From positions 744,001-808,000 of the forward strand of contig MU008170.1 in the NCBI GenBank assembly GCA_010909165.1: DNA of 64,000 nt. Reading direction: 5' to 3'. The stretch comes from Anthoceros angustus. Lineage: Eukaryota; Plantae; Anthocerotophyta. The notes under the pieces are model-generated. The model saw only the letters and a program-made list of their open reading frames with translations, had not been told where the DNA came from and did not search any database. This document shows, piece after piece, positions 20,384 to 32,010 of the stretch (within the stretch, counting starts at the first letter, position 1; every line of letters begins with the position of its first letter). A program made the translations under genes and the position numbers.

Positions 20384-21974
20384 ATGTACAACATAGCTGA
20401 CGCATTGTGTTTGTAGCCTCACCTTGCGTGGATAAAGCCGTCCCCACCCCATTTCACAGTCGTGATTGGTTTGGTGTGGCTAGTGAGGGGATTAATTGTT
20501 GCAACTAGCATCATAATCTACGGTGTAATTTTCATAGTAGAATGATGAGAAATATCTTGAATTGTTGTAATCGACATTGTATTTTGCGTTGTAATTCGCG
20601 TCGTTGAATGATGAAACAGTCGCAACCTCATGGGACTACCAGACAAACAAACAGAACATACCTGCCATGCCTTGTTAAGAGATGACGCCTTCCCATAGCG
20701 GTCCCAAAAACTCGAGAGTTGCAAAGCGCTTGAGACCTTTGAATTGCAGCTGTGGAGGCCTATGCAGATCTGCTGGAGGCCGAGTATTTGTGCGAGGATG
20801 ATCATTGAGATCTTCGGATCAGCAACCTCTTACAAAATGGACCCTTTTAGTGAGTATGAAAATATGCACGTCGTGCTCCATATTCACATACCGATCTCCC
20901 TCCCTCCCACCTTGGTAGCGTGCCGAGGAACCATAAAAGATGCAAAGATGCCTGGCTGTATACTAAACTAAACTCCGGGCAGCTCCACTCCCGGTCATGT
21001 CCCAAATGCAAATGGACCGGACGAAGTAGGTACAGACAGACAACGGGAAGCGGAACCAAGCTAGCTTTTATTTGCACAGCGGAGTATCTTTTGGGTAACG
21101 GTGCGACTGATGACCCACAAGTCCGCAGCAACAGCGCCCGCAGCGCAGGCTGCAGGTGGGGTCCGTGCAACGCAACCGCGATTTCTTGTGCCTGCTGGCT
21201 GGCGCTGGCGCTGGCGACGCAAATCGCAATAGGATATTGCATCTCTTGCGCTCCGCGCTGCAGGCGCACATGATTGTACCTGTTCCTTCTCCCGCCCGCA
21301 CAGCAACACCCATCCGGCACCGCATCCGATATCATGCACCTCCAGAACGGGACGGGACGGGGCGGGCCGCTCCCCGGCGCCGTAGCCCGAATCCCGTGAC
21401 CCGTGGGCGAGATTCGAGAGCGCGCGGGTCCCGCCGGCCCCGGCCCCGGCCCGGGCTTCCGGCTTCCCGCGCTGGGCTGGGCTTGCTGGGCTGGCTCGCA
21501 GGCTTTCCGACATGCCTGCTCGAGAGAGGCTGCAGCCTGGACTGGGCTGGGCCTGGCAGAGGCCGCCTGCAGCGGGCCTCTGCAGCCGCAGCTGCAGCTG
21601 GGGCTCGCAGGCCCGGGCCCCAAGGCTACTTGCAGGCCTGCAGCCTGGCTGGGCGAATGTGGTGTCTTTCTGTCTGTTTCTGCGCGCCTCTGACCGGCGT
21701 CGCCTCTGGCCTGTGGCAGCTGGTGGTAGTGGTACTACTGTCTCCTGCCCGCCTCGGCCTCGACCCACGCGATTTCTCGTCCCCGTCTCCGCTCAATGCA
21801 CCCACCCCTCGACTCCCTCACACGCGTGTGCGTATGCACATGCTCCCCTGCACTCCAGTGTAGCCCAGTCCAGCCAAGGCCTGGTCCTGGCCATCCTGGT
21901 CATGGTCAGTTTCTCGGCTTCTCGTCTGGAAACGCGCTTCCGCCTTGTGCCCGTCTGGGTCCGTGCCAATCGCT

Positions 21975-22092
21975 TTGTGGGCGGTAGCAATCGCAGTGTG
22001 GGCGGTAGGAACCGCATTGTGGGCGGTAGCAGTCGCATTGTGGGCGGTAGCAACCTCGTTGTGGGCGGTAGCAAGCACGTTGTGGGCGGTAG
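21975..22092. repeat. Six 21-nt units with core tgtgggcggtagca
   Basis: Directly visible tandem array. Confidence 0.85.
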
Positions 22093-22188
22093 CACCCGCC
22101 AAGCTCCGGCGCGGATTCACCTCCTTGCCCGGCCCCTCGCAATGGCAGGGTCGAATTTTGGGGCAGGCTTGGGCCGGCATTGCGTTTG

Positions 22189-25100
22189 ATGAAGAATGCG
22201 GGTCGCAGAGGAGGAGGAGTGATGGAGAGCACGCTCCCTCGCTCCTCGCATTTGGTGTCCGAGATAGAGCTGGTGGACGAGTCGGGGGCCTCGTCCCAGG
22301 TGAATGGCGGGGGCTCGCTGGCCTCGTCCACGGGGCCGGATGTGAGAGCGCACGCCGTGGCCTCGTCCAATTCAGCTGCGCAGAGGAGCTCGGACGCGTC
22401 CACCAGCTTCAAGGGGGAGCCGGGACTGTACAAGAAGGTGCTTTACGTGCCGGGGATTTCTCCCTTCCCGCATTTCCCGACGGGGAGCAAGGCCACTGCG
22501 GAGACAGACGACGGGGCTGGATTGTGCTGCTGCTGCTTGCCCGGGGACGCAGGTCTGGATGGGGCGTCGGGGGGGATGTCTAAGCCGGAAGCCAGTAATA
22601 CAGGGACAAGGAAATCTGATGGGCAGCAGGACGGGGAGCAGGCGCAGGAGCAGGAGGGGGAGATCTTGAGGGGATTTGGGGCGTATTGGAGGGAGTGGGT
22701 GATTGGGTTGCAGAGCAGGACGTTGTATGTGGGTGTGCTCTTGGTGTGGTCTGGGCTGGTGCCTGCTCTGGTTTTCGGGACCTGGATGGGGAGGAAGACC
22801 GGGGGTGCTATTGGGACTGCCGAGGTTTTCATGTCCACCTTGGTGTGCGGGGTTTTGTTTGCGGTTTTCGGGAGGGAGCCTCTGGTGATTGTGGGTGTCA
22901 CTGCTCCGTCGGCTGTGTTTGTGGCCGCAGTTGCAAGCACTGCCAACAGGCTGTCTGTGGGGTTTGTGCCCTGGTTGGGGTGGATAGGCATCTGGTGTGC
23001 GGGAAGCTTGATGATTCTGGCAGTGGCTCATGCCAGTCGAGCTGCGGCGCATCTGAGTAGGTTCAGCTGGGAGGTGTTGCAGGCTTTCGTGGGGTTCACT
23101 TTGCTCTGGGATGGGACTCAGCTGGTTGTGGAGCTTTTCAGACCTGGAGCTCCCTTGGACGCTGCCATTCTCTCCCTCTGGCTTGCAACGTGTACAGTTG
23201 TGTTGGCAACGTTTTTGAGCGGAGCAGCAGGTTGGCAGTACCTGAATAGGGGGTGTTTGGAGGCTATACAGTTTCTTGGTCCGGCATTGACGATGATTCT
23301 CTTCACTGGTATGTGAGAGTCCTTGTCACATGCATTCGCCAGTAGGAGACTTGTTGCTTTTGATGATACGCAGGGAAGGGGTCTAAAGAGCTGCTTCTGC
23401 TGGCTTGTGTGGAATGCAGCGCTTCCACTTCTGCCGTTCCTGTCGCAGCCACAGCTGCTGCGGGTGGAGATGCCGGATCTGCCGTATCACAACAACAGAG
23501 TCTCCAAGTTTGGAGCAGTTGTGAGCTTGAGGGCCCTTCCACTGTGGACCATTTTCCTGGCTTTCATTCCAGGGTCTCTATTGGCCGGGTTGATCTTCTT
23601 CGACCACAATGCATCTGCCCTTTTAGTACAGGTGCGGTAGTCATCCAGGGTGCGCACATGTTTTGGATTCTCCATACTTGGCTCCTTCATCTGAGGGGAG
23701 ATTCTTCGTGTGATGTTCTGGAAGCAGGATGCAAAAGGGAGAAGAGAGTATAATTACAGGTCCAGAAGCTGGGATATGTTTGTGATCGCTGTATCCGTAT
23801 TGCTGTGCAGTTTCTTTGGCCTGCCTTTCAGCTATGGACTATCGACACAGGTGAGACAGTTCGAGCTCACAGATCTTTCGGTTTCTGGTCTGCAGTCCTC
23901 CTTCCAGAGATGTCTTGACCTTCATCCTTCCCTTTGCAGAGCGTTTCGCATGCTCAAGCTCTTGCTTGCAAGAACGGTGCTTGTGATCCGGAGAGCCAGG
24001 AAAAACCTGCGTCTAGAGCACACTACCAGCGTGTCTCCGCGACTATTGTCGCACTATCTTCAGGGATTCTACTTCTCCCAGGGTTGGTGCATCTTGTACG
24101 GAGAATACCACAAGGTGTAATTGCAGGCCTTTGTCTGCAGGTACGTGACATCTATGGTGCTGCACTTGTTGTTAACAGCCTGCGGTGTTTGGACAGCTCA
24201 ATTCCGTGGAGGTCTCTGAGGACCACGGGTCTTTGTGCAGGTCGCCCTCGCTTGCCTCAAGGATCTGACGCTCGTTGAAAGGATCAAATGGTTGTTTGTG
24301 GACTCTGTGAAGAATCCGTCTGCAGCAGAAGGATGCAATCTCACAGTCCGTGTGTACAGTATTGTGCAAGTGTCCTGCATCGTTACCATCTTTGCCGTCA
24401 GCAAAACTGCAGCGGCTCTCCTCTTCCCTCTGTTCTTGCTGGTCACAGTTTGGCTAAGGCACGATGTGTTGCACAACTTCTTCTCCAAGAGAGAGTTCCT
24501 CACCATCGACAAGCGGTTGCTAACAGCGGACATCTTTGAGGGCACAACTGCAAGTCATCCGACGGCCGGCAAGACTTCCAGGCGGCTGCGTAAAGGAGGT
24601 CCTCACTCTCTGAGGAAGTTACTTCGGGACAGAGTGGGTGTGTCGGGCCCGGCCGGAGCCTCCAAACTACACATGCAACTGGACAGTGAGTCTGCCAGGT
24701 CGTGTGAATCACCAGCTTTGCTTGCCATGGCCAGCAAACGGAGACTGAAGGAGAGATCAAGAAGAAGGAACAAGAGGAAGATGTCGCATGGGGCATCATC
24801 CTTTGAGACCACTTCTTCTTCCACCTTCACACTTCCCCTGCAGCCCAGTGACATGATGAAGAAGAAGCAGAAGAGCTCCGCACAGAATTTCAGGCCCAAG
24901 GGCACGCCTCACCATGTCGGTTCCAGATTTGGCAGACAGCAGGCCACTCAGAAGAGCAAACGTCAACAGGGAAGGGTTGGCACAGTCTCTGTTGTGCCGG
25001 GAACAGGCTTGAGTCCGTTCGGAGATAGCAGTTATCTCCCATCTTCTCAGGTGAACTTCTCTCCGAAGTCTAAGCCAATTCAAGAGATGGCGGATGTTCG

Positions 25101-26421
25101 TACTCCCAGGAGCAGGCCGATGGTGACCTTCAAGCCTGAGACTAATAGTCCATTCCATCAGTTTTCACCAAAGATGGAGATACCACTGCCTTCAAATATC
25201 TCCGTGCTCAGACGGACCCTTCCCAGTCCATTCAGACAGGTGTCCCCAAAGTCACAGATGCTGCATGCCAACTCTCTCTTTGACCCTCATTGGAAGGACT
25301 CTTCACCTCCTAACAAAAGCATGCAGGTCCATGAGAACCTGGCCTTCTTAACAGGTGAGGGCCCGGCTGCCAAATTTTCTTCTGGGCAACAGATAGCTGA
25401 AAGAAAGAAGTCTGTTCGATCTCCTAGAAAGTCTCCTCTCACTCTCAGGTTCTCTGCCCCACTCCTACCAAACCAGCCTATGTTGCAGGATCTACAGCGG
25501 CCTTGGGAAATGAGCTCATCTGCATGGACAAGGTCTGCACTCCCTGATCAATTAAGAGCCAGCAGCTTCAGACTGTGCGGTGACGCTCTTTTTAGTACAG
25601 GCGGCAGTGAGATATTGACCCTGGCATTGGCAACGACGGACATGCTTTCAAATGGAGGCAACGAACTCTCGAATACAGAGGACTGGAAAGAGGTCAGCTA
25701 TGTCCAGCCAGATGATCAAGGGGTCTCTTCAACTGCTGATCCACTACGCAGGGAAGCTGGAAGGAGTGAAAGGAGGACTCTGTCAGCCAGCTCTGTGACC
25801 AGTGGAGATCTTCTGCTGGACCCCGAGGAGAAGGGGAGCACTATGGTTCACGGCTGGGAAGCTGTGACCCATCCACCGGCGGAGGTCCGACCAAGCCGAT
25901 TCAAGCTGGCAAGCGAAGTCCTGTATGGAGAGACTTCTGGTAGCAGCTTTCATAGCTTGGAGACTGCCCCCAATGGAGTCCTGAGATTGAGAAGAGAGGA
26001 TGAAAACCGTGCTCTTCTGTCACGCTCGTGGGAAGAGGTTAATTACTCGCCCCATGAGGATTTTGCAGACACCAGTAGCAGTTCCCATCCCCAAGCTGCA
26101 GACGAGCCTTGGGTGTCCCAGCCTCCCAAGCCCAAATCTCGACCTAAAAGGAAGTCTGGCTCAGGCAATGAGTCGCAGCAGGGGACCCAATCATCTACGG
26201 GTCTGCAGCAACAACACCAGCGGCACCCACCCAGCTCAAAACCCCTTCAATGGACTCCTGAGCGGAATACCAGGAACACAAGACTGCGTTCATCATCTTC
26301 GGAGTTCACAGACAACTTTGAAGAGTTAGGGGCTTCCAAGCACCAAAGCCAGCATAAGTTGCCAAAGAGCCCACCGGTAACACATCCTGTCCAGCCTGCT
26401 GATCTCTTGCGGACCCTCTGA
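22189..26421 (+). CDS. Divergent SLC4/BOR-family (HCO3-/borate) anion transporter. Exons 22189-23308, 23420-23631, 23728-23850, 23940-24140, 24241-26421; true start may lie upstream
   Basis: STLVCGVLFAVFGREPLVIVGVTAP, WLGWIGIW, AFIPGSLLAGLIFFDHNASALLVQ, WDMFVIAVSVLLCSFFGLPFSYG, YQRVS and RIPQGV align to BOR1/AE motifs (GGQPL, YFDHSVA, DLLLLG, PPSNG, EQRVS). Splice phases are consistent. A ~620-aa S/K/R/P-rich tail follows. Confidence 0.8.
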
Positions 26422-26710
26422 AATCGATATGGTTCTCATAGTCCATGTATGTGACATGACAGGTCTGGAGATAGCGAGCCACGCATCGTTCTTTTTTCTT
26501 TTGCTGGGCCTTCTGGTCGTGTGCTTGTAACAGTCTCCACAGCATTAGCAAATGCATCCATCGAGAGGTAGAGGAAAGATTCCTCGTCGTGGGTAGGTCA
26601 GAATCCATGCCTCCAGCTTCGGACTCACTGAACCAGCACAGCAACACATCCATTGCTTTCGACTGTTTGGTCCGCAATTTCCAAACCATGTATGCATTGC
26701 TTGCGCATTT

Positions 26711-27829
26711 ATGGAGATGAAGTCATCCTCCTCGCGCAGAGCGCTGGCCATTCTGCACCACGTGCATCCTCCCGCCCCGTCGTCTCCAACTCGTTTTCTG
26801 TCGCCCACAAATGCGAGCTCCGTCGGAAGTGGCAGGGTGGCTGAGTATGGAGCTGGTGAACAACCTCCACAGCGTGACGGTGGCCTTGCGGATGCTGTCA
26901 CCTCTGGGAAGCAGGAAGAGCAGAAGCCGAGGAAGAAAAAGGTGGTGCTGGTGATCGGGGCCGGGGACGCGACTGGCGGGGCTGTGTCTCGCAGGTTTGC
27001 CAGGGAGGGTTTTGTGGCGTGTGTGGTGAGGAGACATGCGGATGCACTGCAAGGGCTTGTGGAAGAGATCCGGCATGAGGGGGGAGAGGCTGTGGCATAC
27101 GGAGTGGATGCTCGCAAAGAAGGTATGTATGTCGTGTAAGATCTGTTTTGGCAGACATGGACTGCCGGGATTCACAGCTGTGTTGACACGGGCTCACGGC
27201 AGAGGATGTGGTTGCTTTGGTCGAGGGGATCGAGGCTGAGGTTGGGGAAATCCATGTGGCTGTGTTCAACATCGGAGCTAACGTGAATTTCAGCATTCTG
27301 GACACCACTGCTCGAGTCTATTTCAAGGTAAGGGTAGCACTAGAGTGCTCTACCCAACTTGTGTGGCAATCAAGCAATTCTTCTTGTCCAGCAACCGAGA
27401 GAGCGCTGGGACTGCATCCAGGTGTGGGAGATGGCCTGCTTTTCAGGCTTTTTGATGGGGCGTGAAGTAGCCAAGCACATGGTGAAGCGGGAGCAAGGAA
27501 CCATCATCTTTACTGGTGCAACAGCCAGCTTGCGAGGTGGAACAGGGTATGCTGCATTCGCAGGAGCCAAGTTTGCGTTGAGGGCCTTGGCACAAAGCAT
27601 GGCAAGGGAACTAGGACCCAAGGGCATTCACGTTGCTCATGTCGTCGTCGATGCGGCTATTCTCACTTCCTGGACGCTGGAAAACGTCAAGAATGCCAAG
27701 GCAGCAAATTCCAGGCAAGGGTTGGTGATCCCGCAGGACATCGCTGAAGCATATTGGCAGCTGCATGTGCAGACGAAGACGGCATGGACCCATGAACTCG
27801 ACCTCAGACCCTGGATCGAACCATGGTGA
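26711..27829 (+). CDS. Short-chain dehydrogenase/reductase, bacterial-like. Exons 26711-27122, 27203-27327, 27422-27829
   Basis: VVLVIGAGDATGGAVSRRFAREG (Rossmann fold), DARKEEDV, FNIGAN, IIFTGATASLRG, AAFAGAKFALRALAQSMARELGP and WTHELDLRPW. Both introns are GT-AG and in phase. Confidence 0.9.
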
Positions 27830-28063
27830 AAAGTTGGCGTTTGTGTCCAAATCCAGTGCTGTCACATGTTTTTACACAGAATTAAATAGTTGAAAAGCGT
27901 GTTAAATAATGCTTATATGGACGCATACCCGGGATGTGCGCAAGCCTCCAGACGAGTTCTTATAACCATCCATCCACCATGTCTCAGTTTGGAGGAGGAT
28001 GCAGTTAAGCAAGCACATTCACCCCAACAAAGCAATAGCTCTGGCGGCTTTCTTCCATTATCC

Positions 28064-31000
28064 TCACGGTCTACCCTTACAACTGCAACAACCAGCTGCA
28101 AATCGATGCACACGGTAACCATCCCTTACGACAATGTCTCTCTGTTCAAGTCTTGACATGATCTCCGTGGAACTGTGGCAATCACTGCACATGCGTAGAT
28201 TCTTAGTTACCACCAGAGGTGTCCCACTCAGGTGTTCAAGAGACCAAACGCCAGAGCTAGCTTCTCAGCATGCCCACAAAGCATCTTCCTTTTCCTTCTC
28301 ACAGTGGTCTTCAACACCAGGTTTGTGTGAGGTACGTGGCCTCCTTCCTGCTTTACACGTGAATTCATGCTCTCTACCTTAAGTGCAATATCCTCTCTCC
28401 TTTCTCCCACCAGAAATTCATGTACCTCCTTATTCACCTCAATGCTCGCCACTGCAGGTTTCTTGTTAGCTCCAGCTACCGTTCTCTGTGTTTCAATCCT
28501 GTCTACATCGGCCCACCTACCTGCATCTGCATAGGCATTGGCCATGAGCACGTAGGCGGGTGCCTCCTGGGGGTCCAGCCTAACAATGCTTTCAAAACAC
28601 CATTTAGCCCTCTCTATATCTCCGTGACTTTTGCAGGCATTCAACAAAGACGTCAAGCCCACAACATTGCTTTGGCCCTCGCATGATAAGAGCATCTTCT
28701 CTGCCTCGTCTAAATGGCCAGCACGCCCAAGAAGATCAATCATGCAGGTGTAATGCTCAATAGTAGGTTTGATGCCATGCTGTTGAGCCATAGAATCAAA
28801 GTGCTTGAAACCCTCGTGGACCAGTCCCTCATGACTGCATGCTACTAAAAGGCAAGTAAAAGTAACATCATTAGGCTGAATACCGGCAACTAACATATCC
28901 TCAAAACAAGCTATTGCTTTGAGACCTTCATCACAAGTCCCATAGCCAGCTATCATGGCATTCCATGTGACCACATCCTTTGTGACCATGCTGTCAAACA
29001 CCTGGCGTGCATCCTCCAGTTCACCACAGTTTGCATACATGTCTACCAGGCCGTTCCCCAGAACTACGTTATCCAGCAGTCCTCTTTCGACAATCTCAGA
29101 GTGCAGCTGCCTGCCCTTCTGTAAGGCACCAGTGCTTGCACAGGCCTTCAAAAGGCAAGCAAATGTAACATGGTCAGCTAAAATGAGGCCCTCCTGCTCC
29201 ATTTGTCCATACAGAACAATTGCCTCATGTCCCAGTCCTTGCTGGGCATACCCAGCTATTAGGGCATTCCATGTCACCACATCCTTGGTGGCCATGCTGT
29301 CAAAAACCTGGCGTGCATCTTTCAGCTCACCACATTTTGCATACAGATATCAGGGCATTCCATGTCACCACATCCTTTGTGGCCAAGCTGTCAAAAACCC
29401 GGCGTGCAGCTTCCAGTTCGCCACATTTAGCATACATGTCCACCAGGCAGTTGCCCACAAGTACGTTATCCCGCAGTCCTCTTTCAACAATCTGTGAGTG
29501 CAGCTGCCTGCCCTTCTGTAAGGCACCAGTGCTTGCACAGGCCTTCAGAAGGCAAGCAAATGTGACATGGTCAGCCAAAATGAGGCCCTCCTGCTCCATT
29601 TGTCCATACAGAACTAGGGCCTCATGTCCGAGTCCCTGCTGGGCGTACCCGGCTATCAGGGCAGTCCATGTCACCACATCCTTTGTGTTCATTTTGTCAA
29701 AAACCTGGCGTGCATCTTTCAGTTCACCACATTTTGCATACCCAGATATCAGGGCATTCCATGTCACCACATCCTTTTTGGCCATGCTGTCAAAAACCTG
29801 GCGTGCTTCTTTCAGTTCGCAACATTTTGCGTACATGTCCACCAGACAGTTGCCAACAAACAAGTTAGTAGGAATGCCGCTGTGCAACACATCACAGTGC
29901 ACTTTTCTGCCAGATTCCAAGTCGGTGGCAAATGCACAAGCTTGAAGTGCAGCTACAAAGACGTGGGCATCCGCCTTCACTCCTGACCTACGCATCTCAT
30001 GGTAGAGTTGTACGGCCTCGTTAGGTTTCCCATGCTTAGCATATGCAGAGATGATGGAAGACCACGTGAAAGCATCTGGTTTGCCCACCCTGGAGAACAC
30101 ATCCATAACCTCCTGCAGACTACCTCCACATGCATACATGCGCAAGATATGGTTCCCCAAGTACGCATTCGACTCGAACCCAAGTTTGGCAGTGAGATCA
30201 TGAACTCGGCGCCCCACAACCAAATCCTTCTTAGCTGTACACAGTTTCAGCACAGTGCAAAACAGAGACTGCGAAATAGCGGAGTCTGTCTGAGCCAGAG
30301 ATTCCAGGGCTCCAATGGCCTCAGAAAGCTTCCCCTGCTGACATAACGTGCTCACGGTTACAGCCGTAACCACGCCCATTCCCGATCCTTCACGCCTGCC
30401 AGGTTCAGGCTTATTCGGACAGCTCACCTTGGAGGGAGAGGCACCATGACCCATCTGCATATCCAAGCAAACGAGCTGCTCATCAACCCAAGCTGGCTTA
30501 AACATGTGGTTCAACCACAGCACCTCGCCGGACCCCTTACGCCGGAAGTCAGGCGAACGGGATGTCTTCTTATCTCGTCTGTTGTCCCACCACATGGTAG
30601 GGTCCAGAAAAAATTGCTGCCACAAGTGCTCCTGCTCCTCGCAACGACCATCGCTGGAAACCCCGTCCCCACCCACACACTTTCTCGGGACTGGGAGTGC
30701 TGGGCTCCTTACACTGCTGCACCTGGAGGCCTTGTTTGCCAAGGTTTGACTCCCTAAGATGAGGTGCGCGGGAGCTCCTCTTGGAATCCCTGTACACACA
30801 CCAATTTGTTGGGCCCGCAACGGGTCCGGCTGCCATACTGTGGCCATCGTTCAGGGACTGCTGTCGGAGGATGAGTCTAACAACAGACTATGGCAGCATG
30901 CCCAGGTACAGTGTTTGACCACACCAAACGGGCGTGTAGGCAGGTTGGAGGTGCATGGACAAGAAAGCTGTGCTCAGGACCTGGCAAAATGCTGCAGCAT

Positions 31001-31119
31001 AGCAAGGCTGGACCGCACCTGGAGAAAGTAGCATTGGAACCTGGACCTGCACCTGCACCTGCACCTGCACCTGGAGAATGTAGCATTGGCACCTGCAACC
31101 TTCTTCCACAAATGGTCAT
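28064..31119 (-). CDS. PLS-class PPR protein with E domains, a DYW:KP (HAE...GRP) deaminase domain and an N-terminal OSB-type PDF motif; several frameshifts as assembled
   Basis: Repeated KDVVTWNALIAGYAQQGLGHEA motifs, E domain PTIEHYTCMIDLLGRAG, KKPAVASIEV and GHAEKLALAFGLL. After a -1 shift at ~28231: GTPLVVTKNLRMCSDCHSSTEIMSRLEQRDIVVRDGYRVHRFAAGCCSCKGRP*, with TGA at 28066-28064. Frame breaks at ~30870, ~29343, ~28290 and ~28231. Putative start ATG 31119. Confidence 0.85.
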
Positions 31120-31479
31120 TGTTGGATTCACTCTGGGCTGCTAAAGTCAGCGAATGAAGAAGCAAGTGCTACCAAGTTTGACGACTTCGACAAGGGTCTA
31201 GCAGGTGGCGATCACAGACACAGACACACAGAGCTGCGTTCAAAACTCTTGTGCTGTAAACTTGTATTGTCCGCAGACACAGACACAGAGCTGCGTTCAA
31301 AACTCTTGTGATGTCAAATTGTGTTGTTCGCAGACTTCCCTGACCTCAGCTCGTCTCACGAGTAGTTCACGACTTCCTCCAGCAGGTATTAAACGAAGAA
31401 GTCTATTCCATTGAGTCTACTTGCATGGAAGTTTTCGTATTATGGACTTTGGTACTTAATTTTTCAATTTTTCCTATAA

Positions 31480-32010
31480 TGGGACACTTGTACCATGGTG
31501 TGACTAGGCTACTAGAAGAAGAGGAAGAAGAATTTTATTAAGATGGATTTCCGTCATGGGACTTGGTACATAACAACTTGTACCATGGTGTGCCTAAGCT
31601 ACTTGCACCAAGGGCATCCACTCCTTTCAGGCACCCCATCTAAGTACCAATCTAAACGGTAGGATGCTTAATCACGATGTTCTTATAAATATTTTTCCTA
31701 TAATGGGACACTTGTATCATGGTGTGACTATTATAATGATGGGACACTTGTACCATGGTGTGACTAAGCTACTAGAAGAAGAAGAATTTTATTTAAGTCC
31801 ACTAAGAACGGATTTTTGTATAGGACTTGGTAAGTAGCAACTTGTACCATGGTGTGCCTAAGCTACTTGCACCAAGGGCATCCACTCCCTTTCAGCACCC
31901 CATCTAAGTACCGATCTAAGCGCAGGATGCTTAATCACGATGTTCTTATAAATGTGTGTCCATAGGCCTAAGCGATTTGGACCAAGGGCATCCACTCCCT
32001 TTAGGGACCC
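31480..32010. repeat. Cluster of short dispersed direct repeats upstream of the PPR gene
   Basis: gggacacttgtaccatggtgtgact (3-4 copies) and gcaccaagggcatccactcc (3 copies). The whole cluster recurs at 33830-34350. Confidence 0.75.

Noticed and set aside
20847-21863. Multiple overlapping GC-rich ORFs
   Set aside because: No recognisable domain; stop-poor GC-rich promoter or UTR-like sequence.
26711-27829. Bacterial contamination as the source of the SDR
   Set aside because: It has spliceosomal introns and a eukaryotic leader, and is contiguous with plant genes.
28064-31119. Calling the PPR gene a pseudogene
   Set aside because: The frameshifts are 1-2 nt losses in short runs, the same error pattern seen between duplicate copies across the window.
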